Shown: positions 43,822-55,001, counted from the stretch's first letter. The stretch: 64,000 nucleotides of DNA from Alphaproteobacteria bacterium (GCA_965261735.1 OZ253470.1:4967632-5031631); one strand, 5' to 3'. Translations and numbers: made by a program. The notes: generated by a model from the sequence alone, not told the origin.

Positions 43822-45582
43822 CTAGCGCATCTCCTCGGCGGGCGCGACCCCCATGACCTCGAGGCCCGAGGCGATGACGGTGGCCGCGCCTTGCGCGAGC
43901 GCAAGCCGCGCGGCCGTCAACCCGGCGTCCCCGGGAACGAGGAAGCGCAAGCTCTCGTCCTCGTTGCCCTTGGTCCACAGGCCGTGAAATTCGGCCGCCA
44001 GGTCGGCGAGGTAGAAGGCAACGCGGTGCGGCTCGTGGGCCACGGCGGCGGCCTCGACGACATGAGGCCAGCGGGCCAGGACCTTGATCAGATCGAGTTC
44101 CGCGGGCTGTGCGAGGTGCGTTAGATCGGCGCGCGCGAGGCCGGCGGGCGTCGTCTCGAGCCCGGGCATCTCCTCGTGCGCCTTGCGCATCAGCGAACGC
44201 ACCCGGGCGTGCGCGTACTGGACATAGAAGACCGGATTGTCCTTGGACTGCTCGGTCACGCGCGCGAGGTCGAAGTCGAGCGGCGCATCGTTACGACGTG
44301 TGAGCATGATGAAGCGGACGACGTCCTTGCCGACGGCGTCCACGACCTCGCTCAGGGCGACAAAATCCCCCGCGCGCTTCGACATGCGCACCGGGACGCC
44401 TTCGTTCAAGACCTTGACGAGATTGCAGATTTTCACGTCAAGCGACGCCGCGCCACTGCTCAGCGCCGTCACCGCCGCCTTCATCCTTTTGACGTACCCC
44501 GCATGGTCGGCGCCCCAGACGTCGATCATGCTGGCGAAGCCGCGCCGCCATTTATCCCAGTGGTAGGCGATATCGGCCGCGAAATAGGTCCAGCTGCCGT
44601 CGGATTTCTTGAGCGGGCGGTCGACGTCGTCGCCGAACTGCGTGGCCCGGAACAGGAGCTGCGGCCGCGGCTCCCAATCCTCCACCACCTTGCCCTTGGG
44701 CGCTTCGAGCACGCCCGTGTAGATGAAGCCGTTCTTCTCCAGGAAGTCGAAGGCTTCCTGGACCTTGCCGCCCAGATGCAAGGCGCGCTCGGAGTGGAAC
44801 GCGCGCTCATCAAAACGAATACCGAGCAGTGCGAGGTCATTCTTGATGAGGTCGAGCATGCGCTCGCGGCCGAAGTCAGCGCAGCCGTCACTCCACTCCC
44901 TTGCCGAACCCGAAAGCCATTTTCGGCCATCGCGCTGGGCGAGCGCCTCGCCAACCGGCATGAGGTACTCGCCGGGATAGAGCCCCTCCAGAAGTTCGCC
45001 AACCGCCTCCCCGAGCGCCTGCCGATAGCGATAATGGATCGAGCGGCCCAGCGCCTCAAGCTGCGCGCCGGCATCGTTGACGTAGTACTCGCGAGTGACC
45101 TTGAAGCCCGCCTTCCCGAGCAGGTTCGCGAGCGCATCGCCGAAGACTGCGCCTCGGCAGTGGCCGACGTGCAGCGGCCCGGTTGGGTTGGCCGATACGT
45201 ACTCGACGTTGACAGCGGTGCCCGCGCCGAGATCGGAGTCCGCGTAGGCCGTGCCCGACTGAAGGACGTCCGCCAGTTGGCGGTGCCAAAACGCGTCGGT
45301 GAGCCGGAGGTTGATGAAGCCGGGTCCGGCGACGTCGGCCACGACGATATCGGAGTTGCCGAGTAGGCGCGCGGCCAGCGGTTGGGCGATGTCGCGCGGC
45401 GCGCACTTTGCCTGCTTGGCCAGGACCAGCGCCGCGTTGGTGGCGAGGTCGCCGTGCGCGGCATCGCGCGGCAGTTCGACGGCCACGGCACCGACATCGA
45501 TCCCCGGCGGCAGATCGCCTGCCTTCGCCATTTCCTCGACTTCCAAGACAATAATCTCTTGGAAGCGATTGAAGACATTCAT
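43822..45582 (-). CDS. argS: Arginine-tRNA ligase
   Basis: [41 protein letters not shown]. Confidence 0.97.
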   Translation of the reverse strand: MNVFNRFQEIIVLEVEEMAKAGDLPPGIDVGAVAVELPRDAAHGDLATNAALVLAKQAKCAPRDIAQPLAARLLGNSDIVVADVAGPGFINLRLTDAFWHRQLADVLQSGTAYADSDLGAGTAVNVEYVSANPTGPLHVGHCRGAVFGDALANLLGKAGFKVTREYYVNDAGAQLEALGRSIHYRYRQALGEAVGELLEGLYPGEYLMPVGEALAQRDGRKWLSGSAREWSDGCADFGRERMLDLIKNDLALLGIRFDERAFHSERALHLGGKVQEAFDFLEKNGFIYTGVLEAPKGKVVEDWEPRPQLLFRATQFGDDVDRPLKKSDGSWTYFAADIAYHWDKWRRGFASMIDVWGADHAGYVKRMKAAVTALSSGAASLDVKICNLVKVLNEGVPVRMSKRAGDFVALSEVVDAVGKDVVRFIMLTRRNDAPLDFDLARVTEQSKDNPVFYVQYAHARVRSLMRKAHEEMPGLETTPAGLARADLTHLAQPAELDLIKVLARWPHVVEAAAVAHEPHRVAFYLADLAAEFHGLWTKGNEDESLRFLVPGDAGLTAARLALAQGAATVIASGLEVMGVAPAEEMR

Positions 45583-46773
45583 CTAAGGTCGCGACCCCGT
45601 ATCGAACAACTGGCGGTGCTGATCGAGCGCGAAGCGGTCGGTCATGCCGGCGATGAAGTCGGCGACGAGGCGCGCCGTCTGCGGCGTCCCGGCGCCCGTC
45701 GCGCTGCGTCGCCACTCGGTCGGCAGGCACTCGGGTTCGGCCAGGAATAGGTTGAAGAGATTATCGACCACGCGCCGCGCCCTGCTGTGCGCCCGCGCCA
45801 GCTTGTAGTGGTTGTACATGTTGGCGTAAAGGAATGATTTGAGGTCGCGGTCGTTATCCGCCATGGCGCGCGAAAATCCCACCGCCGGGCGGCCCAATTC
45901 ACGCACCGCCTGCGCCCCGACGGACGTGATTTCGCCGAGCCGACGCCCGCCTTCGCCGACGAGATCGTTGACCATGTGGTCGATGAGGCGGCGAATGACT
46001 TCGTGGATGAGGCGCGGCTGCTCCAGGCCGGGGTATTTGGCCGTCACCTCGGCGATGATCGGGCCGACGAGAGGCACTTCGGCGAGGTCGTCGAGCCCGA
46101 AGAGCCCTGCCCGCAGGCCGTCCTCGACATCGTGGCTGTTGTAGGCGATGTCGTCGGAGAGCGCGGCGACCTGCGCCTCGGCGCTTGGGTAGGTATGAAG
46201 CTCGAGGTCGTGCCCGGCCACGTATTCGGCAATGGCGGCGGGCAACGTGCCTCCGCTCAGGCAGGCGCCGGAGCCATCGACCAGCGGACCGTTGTGCTTG
46301 ACCACCCCCTCGAGCGCTTCCCACGTGAGGTTGAGGCCGTCGAATTCGGCGTAGCGGCGCTCCAGCCTGGTCAGGATGCGTAGCGTCTGCGCGTTGTGGT
46401 CGAAGCCACCGAAAGGCGCCATCGCCGCGTCGAGTGCCTCCTCGCCGGCGTGTCCGAATGGCGTATGGCCGAGGTCGTGGGCCAACGCCAGCGCCTCGGC
46501 CAAGTCCTCGTCGAGCCCGAGGACACGGCAGATCGAGCGCGCGATCTGGCCGACCTCCAGGCTGTGCGTGAGCCGCGTGCGGTAGTGGTCGCCCTCGTGC
46601 GAGATGAAGACTTGGGTCTTTTGCTTGAGCCGGCGGAAGGCCGCGGAGTGAACGACGCGGTCGCGATCGCGCTGGAACACCGATCGGGTTGTGCTCTCGG
46701 GCTCGGCAAACAGCCGACCGCGACTGGCTTCGGGCCGGCAAGCGTACGGCGCATAGGCGAACGGCACGGCCAT
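45583..46773 (-). CDS. dgt: Deoxyguanosinetriphosphate triphosphohydrolase
   Basis: FQRDRDR, FRRLKQKTQVF, RTRLTHSLEV, HDLGHTPFGHAGE, DFIAGMTD. Confidence 0.95.
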   Translation of the reverse strand: MAVPFAYAPYACRPEASRGRLFAEPESTTRSVFQRDRDRVVHSAAFRRLKQKTQVFISHEGDHYRTRLTHSLEVGQIARSICRVLGLDEDLAEALALAHDLGHTPFGHAGEEALDAAMAPFGGFDHNAQTLRILTRLERRYAEFDGLNLTWEALEGVVKHNGPLVDGSGACLSGGTLPAAIAEYVAGHDLELHTYPSAEAQVAALSDDIAYNSHDVEDGLRAGLFGLDDLAEVPLVGPIIAEVTAKYPGLEQPRLIHEVIRRLIDHMVNDLVGEGGRRLGEITSVGAQAVRELGRPAVGFSRAMADNDRDLKSFLYANMYNHYKLARAHSRARRVVDNLFNLFLAEPECLPTEWRRSATGAGTPQTARLVADFIAGMTDRFALDQHRQLFDTGSRP

Positions 46774-46960
46774 GATGGGAAACTAGCGCGCCGGTCCCCG
46801 GCGATCAACGCCGCCCGCGCGGCGGTCTGCCGGCCCGCGCGCCGGGCGCCCGCGTCCGAACGAATTGACAAGGTCGGCAAAAACACTACATACCGTGCGG
46901 GAACAACGGCACCGAGCCGCCAACCCCCGTGCCTCCGACACAAGCTCGAGCGAGCAGGGA

Positions 46961-47329
46961 ATGAGCGAGTCGACCAGCGAAGTGAGGCCCGCCGCGCCAT
47001 CGCCTCTGAGCTTGAGCGACAGCGCCGTCAAGCGCATCGGCCTCCTGCGAGAGCGCGAATGCAACCCCGGCCTGATGCTGCGCGTTACGGTGGGGGGCGG
47101 CGGCTGCTCCGGCTTTCAGTACAGCTTCAATTTCGACGAGACCCTGAACGACGACGACTCGGTAATCGAAAAGGACGGCGTTAGCGTCGTCGTCGACAGC
47201 ATGTCGCTGGTTTATCTGTTCGGCTCCGAAATCGATTTCGTCGAGGATCTGATCGGATCGTCGTTCGCGATGCGCAACCCGAATGCCACCGCCTCCTGTA
47301 GCTGCGGGGCATCTTTCGCCGTCGGTTGA
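46961..47329 (+). CDS. erpA: Fe-S cluster insertion protein (ErpA/IscA family)
   Basis: GGGCSGFQY, NPNATASCSCGASF. Confidence 0.88.
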   Translation: MSESTSEVRPAAPSPLSLSDSAVKRIGLLRERECNPGLMLRVTVGGGGCSGFQYSFNFDETLNDDDSVIEKDGVSVVVDSMSLVYLFGSEIDFVEDLIGSSFAMRNPNATASCSCGASFAVG

Positions 47330-47393
47330 CGGCACCGAGCGCCCCCAAGCCCCCCGGATTCTTTGACCGGGCACTGCAGCCTGGGGCCAATCG

Positions 47394-48164
47394 ATGAAAA
47401 TCGCGACCTTTAACGTCAACGGCATCCGCGCGCATCTGCCGCAGATCACGGGGTGGTTGAAGGAATCGGACATCGACGTGGCCGGGCTCCAGGAAATCAA
47501 GTGTGCCGCCGAAAACTTCCCGACCAGCGAGCTCGAGGACCTCGGCTACAACGTTGCGATCAACGGCCAGAAGGGCTTCAACGGGGTCGCCATCCTGTCC
47601 AAGCGCCCGATCGAGGATGTGCAAGCGGGACTGCCGGGTGACGAGAACGACACTCAGGCCCGCTATCTCGAGGTTACGGTCGACACCGTGCGCATTGCCA
47701 CGATCTATCTACCCAACGGCAATCCCGTCGAGTCCGAGAAGTACGGCTACAAACTCGCGTGGATGGAGCGCCTGCGCGATCACGCAACGGCGCTGCTGGC
47801 GGACGAGGAGGCGGTGGTGCTCGGCGGCGACTACAACATCTGCGCCGCCGATGCCGACGTCTACGACCCCCTCGGATGGGCGGACGACGCCCTGTGCCGC
47901 CTCGACTCGCGGCGCCGCTTCCGCGAAATCGTCTACCTCGGCTACACCGATGCCTTTCGCGCCCTGCACGCGGACGCCAAGGCCTACTCGTTCTGGGACT
48001 ACCAGGGCAACGCCTGGCCCAAGGGCAACGGGCTGCTCATCGATCACCTGTTGCTGTCGCCGAAGGCCGCCGACCGGCTGCGGGCCTGCGACATCGACCG
48101 CGCGCAGCGCGGGCACGAGAAACCCTCCGACCACGTGCCGGTGTGGTGTGAATTAGGCGAGTAG
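47394..48164 (+). CDS. xth: Exodeoxyribonuclease III
   Basis: TFNVNGI, LQEIK, NGVAILS, GDYN, IDHLL, SDHVP. Confidence 0.95.
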   Translation: MKIATFNVNGIRAHLPQITGWLKESDIDVAGLQEIKCAAENFPTSELEDLGYNVAINGQKGFNGVAILSKRPIEDVQAGLPGDENDTQARYLEVTVDTVRIATIYLPNGNPVESEKYGYKLAWMERLRDHATALLADEEAVVLGGDYNICAADADVYDPLGWADDALCRLDSRRRFREIVYLGYTDAFRALHADAKAYSFWDYQGNAWPKGNGLLIDHLLLSPKAADRLRACDIDRAQRGHEKPSDHVPVWCELGE

Positions 48165-48196
48165 CGGCCGGAGGGCGGGGCTCAAACCCGCGCTAC

Positions 48197-48670
48197 CTAA
48201 CGCCGCCCGACGGCATCCTTGACGAAATAGCGCAAGGCGGGGCCGGTGCCGCGCCAGGTTTCGCCGCTCGTCGTATGCGCCCAGGCGCGCCGCATGTCGG
48301 CGAGAACCGGGTGATTCGCGAGCCCCGGGCCGAAATAGGTAATCACCGATTCACCGGGATCGAGCCGCCGCGGCCAACCTTTGGAATCGTGGAGCATCGG
48401 CTCGTGCATCGTGATACGCGGTGCGTCGAAGCGGCCGGCAAGGCCGACCTCGGCGCAGACCAGCGGGCGCCGGCCGTCGTTGACGATCTCGAGGCACAGG
48501 CTCGGGCCCGTGAGAGGACGCGCGGAGAGCGCGTTGACCTCGCGTGGATGGTCGCTCAGGACCACGGTCTCGCGGGCGATGGCGATGGCGAGCTTGGGCC
48601 GCACGCGTAGGCGCGCACCCATTCCCCACCCGGTCGGCACGCCGCGCGCGAAGCGTTCGAGAAGTGCCAT
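48197..48670 (-). CDS. Hypothetical protein
   Basis: 157-aa ORF filling the gap directly downstream of ilvD; no motif recognised. Confidence 0.55.
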   Translation of the reverse strand: MALLERFARGVPTGWGMGARLRVRPKLAIAIARETVVLSDHPREVNALSARPLTGPSLCLEIVNDGRRPLVCAEVGLAGRFDAPRITMHEPMLHDSKGWPRRLDPGESVITYFGPGLANHPVLADMRRAWAHTTSGETWRGTGPALRYFVKDAVGRR

Positions 48671-48697
48671 GGTGCCGGCGCGGCCGAACCCGAGCCG

Positions 48698-50422
48698 CTA
48701 GATGTCGGCGTAGCAGTGAGTCTCCGCCGCGCCGCCTGGGTGGGTCACCGCGCCCTTTTCGGCATCGCCCACCGACTGGGCATAGCGCCACAGCGCCCCG
48801 GACTGGAAATCGGTGGAACGCGGCCGCCATTGGGCGCGCCGCTCGGCAAGCTCGCCATCGCTCAGCTCCACCTCGAGCGTACCCTTGTCCGCGTCCATGG
48901 CGATCACGTCGCCGTCGCGCAGCAGCGCGATAGGGCCGCCAACGGCGGCCTCGGGACCGATGTGGCCGACGCAGAAGCCACGCGTGCCGCCGGAAAACCG
49001 GCCATCGGTGATGAGTGCCACTTTATCGCCCATACCCTGGCCATAGATCGCCGCCGTCGTCGACAGCATTTCGCGCATGCCGGGTCCGCCGCGCGGTCCC
49101 TCGTAGCGGATGACGATAACCTCGCCGTCGCTGTACTCGCGGGCCTGAACGGCGGCAAACGCATCCTCCTCGCGATCGAACACCCGTGCCGGACCTCGAA
49201 AGGTGAGGCGCGACATGCCGGCGACCTTCGCGATTCCCCCTTGCGGCGCCAGATTGCCCTTGAGGCCGACGACCCCGCCCGTCGGTGACAGCGGATTCGA
49301 GGTCGGCCGGACCACGTCCTGCTCCTCGGGAAAGGTCACGTCCTTGAGGTTTTCGGCGATGGTCTTGCCGCTTACCGTCAGACAGTCGCCGTGCAGGTAG
49401 CCGCCGTCGAGCAGCGTCTTCATCAGCACCGGCACGCCGCCGACCTCGTAGAGGTCCTTGGCGACGTAACGCCCGCCCGGCTTGAGGTCGGCTATATAGG
49501 GCGTGCGCCGGAAGATCTCGCACACGTCGTTGAGGTCGAACTCGATGCCGGCCTCGTGGGCGATCGCCGGGAGGTGGAGACCACCGTTGGTCGAGCCGCC
49601 CGTCGCGGCGACGATCACGGCCGCGTTTTCAAGCGCCTCGCGGGTCACGATGTCGCGCGGCCGGATGTTGTTGGCGAGCAGCGCCATCACCGCCTCGCCC
49701 GAGCGCTCGGCATAGACATCACGCGACTCGTAGGGCGCGGGTGCGCCGGCCGAACCCGGCAGCGCCAGCCCCATCGCCTCCGACACGCAGGCCATGGTGT
49801 TGGCCGTGAACTGGCCGCCGCAGGAGCCGGCGCTGGGGCACGCTACGCGCTCGAGCTCATAGAGCTCTGCCTCGTCCATATTGCCGGCGCCGAGCTGGCC
49901 GACCGCCTCGAACAGATCGACAACGGTGACATCGCGGTTGCGGAAGCGACCCGGCAGAATCGATCCGCCATACATGAACACCGCCGGCACGTTGAGGCGC
50001 AGCATGGCCATCATCAGGCCGGGAAGCGACTTGTCGCAGCCGGCGAGGCCGACGACCGCGTCGTAACAATGGCCGCGCACGGTGAGCTCGGTGGAGTCGG
50101 CGATCACCTCGCGGCTCACGAGCGAGGACTTCATGCCGGCGTGGCCCATGGCGATACCATCGGTCACCGTGATGGTGGTGAACTCGCGCGGGGTGCCGCC
50201 GGCCGCCTTGACGCCCAGCTTCACGGCCTGTGCTTGGCGCGACAGCGAGATGTTGCAGGGCGCCGCCTCGTTCCATGTCGTCACCACGCCGACGAAGGGG
50301 CGCGCGATCTCTTCCGCGCCCAGGCCCATGGCGTAATAGTAGGAGCGGTGCGGCGCGCGTTCCGGCCCCACCGACACGTGCCGGCTCGGCAGCTTCGACT
50401 TATCGAACGTCTTCGCGTCCAT
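48698..50422 (-). CDS. ilvD: Dihydroxy-acid dehydratase
   Basis: [46 protein letters not shown]. Confidence 0.95.
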   Translation of the reverse strand: MDAKTFDKSKLPSRHVSVGPERAPHRSYYYAMGLGAEEIARPFVGVVTTWNEAAPCNISLSRQAQAVKLGVKAAGGTPREFTTITVTDGIAMGHAGMKSSLVSREVIADSTELTVRGHCYDAVVGLAGCDKSLPGLMMAMLRLNVPAVFMYGGSILPGRFRNRDVTVVDLFEAVGQLGAGNMDEAELYELERVACPSAGSCGGQFTANTMACVSEAMGLALPGSAGAPAPYESRDVYAERSGEAVMALLANNIRPRDIVTREALENAAVIVAATGGSTNGGLHLPAIAHEAGIEFDLNDVCEIFRRTPYIADLKPGGRYVAKDLYEVGGVPVLMKTLLDGGYLHGDCLTVSGKTIAENLKDVTFPEEQDVVRPTSNPLSPTGGVVGLKGNLAPQGGIAKVAGMSRLTFRGPARVFDREEDAFAAVQAREYSDGEVIVIRYEGPRGGPGMREMLSTTAAIYGQGMGDKVALITDGRFSGGTRGFCVGHIGPEAAVGGPIALLRDGDVIAMDADKGTLEVELSDGELAERRAQWRPRSTDFQSGALWRYAQSVGDAEKGAVTHPGGAAETHCYADI

Positions 50423-50551
50423 GTTTCTTCTCCCTCGCCCTCTCTTAGCGTGACGGCGCGGCGGGGGCACCGCACATGCCAACAAAATAGCAGTTGGCTC
50501 AAGGATTTGAAGGTATTCCTCGCTGGCCGAGCGCCACGCGAGGGCACGCGC

Positions 50552-50938
50552 CTAAGCGGCCGCGACCAGCTCCACCTCCAGCAACAGCGCGGGCCGAGCC
50601 AGGCCGGCGACGACGAGCATTGTCGCCGGCGGCCGCGCCTCCGCCACGTACTTGGCGAGAACCTCGCGGTACGCCGGGAGGTTGTCGGCGCTGGTGATGA
50701 AATGGTTGATCTTGACGACGTCGGCCATCGTCATCCCGTTGTGCTCGAGAATCGTCGTGAGATTATTCCAGACGTTCTCCGCCTGGGTGCGGAAGTCGGC
50801 CGGGATTTCGTTGTCCAGCCCGACCCCCACCTGCCCGGCCGTGTACAGGATGCGGGCGTCCGGGGGCAGCGCGGCGCCGTGCGTGTAATTGCCGAGCGGC
50901 GGCGCCATGTCATCGGGGTTCGAAAATTCGTTCGTCAC
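50552..50938 (-). CDS. Rid (YjgF/YER057c/UK114) family protein lacking the catalytic Arg
   Basis: YTAGQVG, DVVKI, PPATML..GLARPALLLEVE. Confidence 0.88.
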   Translation of the reverse strand: MTNEFSNPDDMAPPLGNYTHGAALPPDARILYTAGQVGVGLDNEIPADFRTQAENVWNNLTTILEHNGMTMADVVKINHFITSADNLPAYREVLAKYVAEARPPATMLVVAGLARPALLLEVELVAAA

Positions 50939-50971
50939 CGCTTTCTCCCTTGGAATCCGTAGCCCGCCGCC

Positions 50972-51361
50972 TCAGGAAGCGGCCGCGATCATCTCCACCT
51001 CGAGTAGGAATTCGGGGCGCGCAAGGCCGCCGACGAGGAGGAGCGTCGATGCCGGGTAGGGCTTGATGAGATGGCCCGAAAACACCTCGAGATAGGCCGG
51101 AATATCCTCCGGCCGCGTCAGAAAGTGCGTGACCTTCACGATATCGGCCGCGCCCATCCCGTTGTCCGCGAGGATGCTCATCAGGTTTCGCCAGGTGTTC
51201 TCCGCCTGACCCTTGAAGTCGTCCGGCAAGGAGCCGTCGGGCGCCACGCCGACTTGTCCGGCCGTGTGAACGATGCGCGAGCCGGGCGCGATTTCGGCGC
51301 CGTGCGAAAAAGTGGCGCCCGGCGCACGCATGTTGGGGGGATTGAAGATCCGGTTGGCCAT
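50972..51361 (-). CDS. Rid family protein lacking the catalytic Arg (tandem paralog)
   Basis: HTAGQVG, DIVKV, YPASTL..GLARPEFLLEVE. Confidence 0.88.
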   Translation of the reverse strand: MANRIFNPPNMRAPGATFSHGAEIAPGSRIVHTAGQVGVAPDGSLPDDFKGQAENTWRNLMSILADNGMGAADIVKVTHFLTRPEDIPAYLEVFSGHLIKPYPASTLLLVGGLARPEFLLEVEMIAAAS

Positions 51362-51364
51362 GAT

Positions 51365-52174
51365 TCAGCCGCCAGTCCTTGGCTCGCCTGGCTTGCGGGC
51401 AAGAAACGCGTGTCCGTACACCTCGAATTGCCGGGCCTTGGCCTCGCCGCCGGCTCCACCGAAAGTATCGACCGGGGGGCCCACGCGAACGTCGACGAAA
51501 CCCATCTCCTCAAGCATTTTTTGCCAGCCCGCGCACGGCAGGCCGCCGGCGATTCAGGCGGTCCACAGGTCGATGTCGCGGAGCGCGGACTCCGGGATCG
51601 GTCGGTCGTTGGCGATATCGGCGAACTGGAGGCGGCCGCCGGGACGCAGCACCCGCGAGATCTCGGAGAAGGCGCGCCGCTTGTCGGCACACAGATTGAT
51701 GACGCCGTTGCTGATCACGACGTCAGCGGATCCATCGGCCACGGGTAAATCCTCCGCCAATCCCTCCCTGAATTCGACCTGCTCGTACCCGAACTCGCTC
51801 GCCGTCGCCCGCGACTTGGCGAGCATCTCCTCGGTCATGTCGACGCCGACCACTCTACCTTGGGTGCCAACCTGAATCGCCGCGATGAAGGTGTCGAAGC
51901 CCGCGCCCGACCCAACGTCGACCACGCTTTCACCCCGATCCAGCGCGCCCAGCGAGAACGGATTGCCGACGCCAGCGAACGATTCCACCGCCGCATCGGG
52001 CAGGCGCGCCACCGCTTCGGCATCGTACCCGAGGCGGGCGGCCAGCGGTCGTCCGGTATGGAAATGGTAGGTCGCCTGCCGCTCGAGCGCGACTTCTCGA
52101 TATTTGGCCTTGACCTGTTCGCGCAGGATCCGGGGATCGACCGTGATCTCGGCGTGATCATCAATTTCGGCCAT
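51365..52174 (-). CDS. ArsM-like SAM-dependent methyltransferase, probable selenoprotein (UGA at 51554-51556, 269 aa on readthrough)
   Basis: VDVGSGAGFD, GVDMT, ISNGVINL, RVLRPGG; LWTA-UGA-IAGG aligns with the ArsM-type W..CIAGAL motif; the frame stays open 62 more codons and ends 3 nt before the next ATG. Confidence 0.85.
51522..51540 (-). promoter_or_regulatory. Candidate bacterial SECIS hairpin
   Basis: 13 nt after the UGA: UGCCG-U-GC-GCGG-GC-UGGCA (stem, bulged U, G-first apical loop). Confidence 0.55.
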
Positions 52175-52272
52175 GCGCCCGCTCCCCGCTTATCGAAGAT
52201 CCATTGCTGCAGAGGTTATCAAACCCGCGCCCGGAGTGCCATCTGCGGTTGGGCGGTCCCGGGTCGCGCTCC

Positions 52273-54924
52273 TCAGCCTTCCGCGGCGATACGTCCGAGC
52301 GCCGCCGACAACCGCGCGCGCGTGCCCTCGACCTCGGCCCGGCGCTCACGCTGCTCGGCCACGACGTGCGCCGGCGCGCGCTCGATGAACGCGCTGTTCG
52401 CTAGCTTGGCATCGATCCGGTCAATTTCACCCGCGAGCCGGTCGAGCTCGCGCTTGAGCCGCTCGCGCTCGTGGCTCAGGTCGATGACTCCGGCGAGCGG
52501 CAGCACCACCGTCGCCTCGTCGAGGACTAACTGGGCCGAGCCCTTGGGCACGCCGCCCTCGAACACAATACTCTCGATCCGGGCGAGCCGAACGATCGCG
52601 TCCTCGTTGGCGGCGAGCCTGCGACGTGTTTCGGCGTTGGCGTCGCGCAGGCGCATGGCGATGCGGGCCGCGGCCGGCACGTTGACGGCGGCACGAACGG
52701 CGCGGATCTCGCTGATGAGCCCGATGACCCACTCCATTTCGGCGGCCGCATCAGCATCCCGCGGGGTTCCGGAATGGTCCGGCCAAGGGCCCTCGACGAG
52801 CATCGGCTCGCCCTGCCCGGCGAGCCTCAACCACAGCTCCTCGGTGACGAACGGGGTGATGGGGTGGAGCAGATGCAAGAGTTCGCCCAGGCACCAGGCG
52901 GCGGCGGCACGCGTCTCCTCCTTCGCAAACTCGTCCTCGCCGGCGAGCAGCGGCTTGATGAATTCGAGGTACCAGTCGCAGAAGGTGCCCCAGGTGAACT
53001 GGTATAGAGCGGCCGCCGCTTCGTTGAACTTGAAGGCATCGAGGGCGAGGGCGACCTCCTCGGCGACCCGTGCGACCTCGCCGACGATCCAGCGGTTCAC
53101 CGTCTGGCGGCAGTGTTGCAGGTCGAAATCGCGCTTAGGCACGCACACGTTCATCTCGCAGAAGCGCGCGGCGTTCCACAGTTTGGTCGCGAAGTTGCGA
53201 TAGCCGGCGACACGCTCCTCGGACAGCTTGATGTCGCGCCCCTGCGCCGCCATCGCCGCCAGAGTGAGGCGCAGCGCATCGGCGCCGAACTTGTCGATCA
53301 ACACCAGGGGATCGATGATGTTGCCCTTGCTCTTCGACATCTTCTGGCCCTTCTCGTCGCGGACCAGGGCATGGATATAGACCGAGCGGAACGGTACCTC
53401 CCCCATGAAGTGGAGGCCCATCATCATCATGCGAGCGACCCAGAAGAAGATGATGTCGAAGCCGGTCGCGAGCACGTCGGTCGGGTAGAATCGCTCAACC
53501 TCAGGCGTGCGCTCAGGCCAGCCGAGCGTCGAAAACGGCCATAGCGCCGAGGAGAACCAGGTGTCGAGCACGTCTTCGTCGCGCTTGAGCGCGGTCTCCT
53601 TGCCGTAATGGAGCTTCGCCGCGGTCAGCGCCTCGTCCTCGGTCATCTCGACGAAGATGTGCCCGTCCGGCCCGTACCACGCCGGAATCTGGTGGCCCCA
53701 CCAAAGCTGGCGTGACACGCACCATGGCTGGATGTTCCGCATCCACTCGAAGTAGGTGTGCTCCCACTGCCTCGGTACAAACCGCATCTCGCCACGCTCA
53801 ACGGCCTCGATGGCCGGCTTGGCGAGCACGGCGGCGTCGACGTACCACTGTTCGGTGAGCCAGGGTTCGATGACCACGCCGGAGCGATCTCCGTAGGGCA
53901 CGACGTGGCTGTGCGGCTCGATCCTGTCGATCAGGCCCTCGGTCTCGAGGTCGGCGAGCACGCGCTCGCGCGCCTCGAAGCGGTCGAGGCCTTGGTAGGC
54001 CTTGGGCGCCATGGCGTTGATATGCGCATCGGCGTCGAAGATGTTGACGAGGTCGAGGCTGTGGCGGCGACCGACCTCGAAGTCGTTGAAATCGTGCGCC
54101 GGGGTTATCTTGACCGCTCCGGAGCCCTGCTCGGGGTCGGCGTACGAGTCGGCAACGATCGGAAGTCGCCTGCCGACAAGTGGAAGGACGGCGAAGCTCC
54201 CGATGAGGGAGCGGTGGCGCTCGTCGTCGGGGTGGACCGCCACCGCGGTATCGCCGAGCATCGTTTCCGGCCGTGTCGTAGCGACAACGATGTAAGCGTT
54301 TTCAAGGTCTTCCAGGGGATACTTGATGTGCCATAGATGGCCGTCCTCCGGTCTTTGCTCGACCTCTAGGTCCGAGATCGCGGTATGTAGCTGGCAGTCC
54401 CAGTTGACCAGCCGATTGTCCTTGTAGACCAGCCCCTGCTTGTGCAGGTCGACGAAAACCTTGCGCACGGCGAGCGACAGGCCTTCGTCCATCGTGAAGC
54501 GGTCGCGCGACCAGTCGCACGAGGCGCCCAGGCGGCGCAGCTGATCGTAGATGGTGCCGCCCGAGTCTTCCCGCCACTGCCAGACCCTGCGAACGAAGGC
54601 CTCGCGCCCGAGGTCGTGCCGCGTGAGCCCCTCGGCGGCGAGCTGGCGCTCGACCACCATCTGGGTGGCGATGCCGGCATGGTCGGTGCCCGGCTGCCAC
54701 AGCGCGTCGCGCCCGCGCATGCGCTCGTAGCGCACCAGGATGTCCTGCAACGTGTTGTTGAGGGCATGGCCTATGTGGAGGCTGCCGGTGACGTTGGGCG
54801 GCGGAATCATGATGGCGTAGGGCCGCGCGTTCGTGCGCTTGCCGCTTGCGAAGGCACCTGCGGCCTCCCAGCGCGCGTAGTGCTTCGCTTCGACCTCGTG
54901 TGGTCGATAAGTCTTGTCCAGCAT
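52273..54924 (-). CDS. valS: Valine-tRNA ligase
   Basis: PPPNVTGSLHIGH, DHAGIATQ, KMSKS, C-terminal coiled coil. Confidence 0.97.
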   Translation of the reverse strand: MLDKTYRPHEVEAKHYARWEAAGAFASGKRTNARPYAIMIPPPNVTGSLHIGHALNNTLQDILVRYERMRGRDALWQPGTDHAGIATQMVVERQLAAEGLTRHDLGREAFVRRVWQWREDSGGTIYDQLRRLGASCDWSRDRFTMDEGLSLAVRKVFVDLHKQGLVYKDNRLVNWDCQLHTAISDLEVEQRPEDGHLWHIKYPLEDLENAYIVVATTRPETMLGDTAVAVHPDDERHRSLIGSFAVLPLVGRRLPIVADSYADPEQGSGAVKITPAHDFNDFEVGRRHSLDLVNIFDADAHINAMAPKAYQGLDRFEARERVLADLETEGLIDRIEPHSHVVPYGDRSGVVIEPWLTEQWYVDAAVLAKPAIEAVERGEMRFVPRQWEHTYFEWMRNIQPWCVSRQLWWGHQIPAWYGPDGHIFVEMTEDEALTAAKLHYGKETALKRDEDVLDTWFSSALWPFSTLGWPERTPEVERFYPTDVLATGFDIIFFWVARMMMMGLHFMGEVPFRSVYIHALVRDEKGQKMSKSKGNIIDPLVLIDKFGADALRLTLAAMAAQGRDIKLSEERVAGYRNFATKLWNAARFCEMNVCVPKRDFDLQHCRQTVNRWIVGEVARVAEEVALALDAFKFNEAAAALYQFTWGTFCDWYLEFIKPLLAGEDEFAKEETRAAAAWCLGELLHLLHPITPFVTEELWLRLAGQGEPMLVEGPWPDHSGTPRDADAAAEMEWVIGLISEIRAVRAAVNVPAAARIAMRLRDANAETRRRLAANEDAIVRLARIESIVFEGGVPKGSAQLVLDEATVVLPLAGVIDLSHERERLKRELDRLAGEIDRIDAKLANSAFIERAPAHVVAEQRERRAEVEGTRARLSAALGRIAAEG

Positions 54925-55001
54925 CGCTGAACGCTCTCCGAAACGGTTGACGAACGGGGCCTAGGCCGACCTTAGGTGGGATCGTCGCGGCGCATCAATA
55001 G

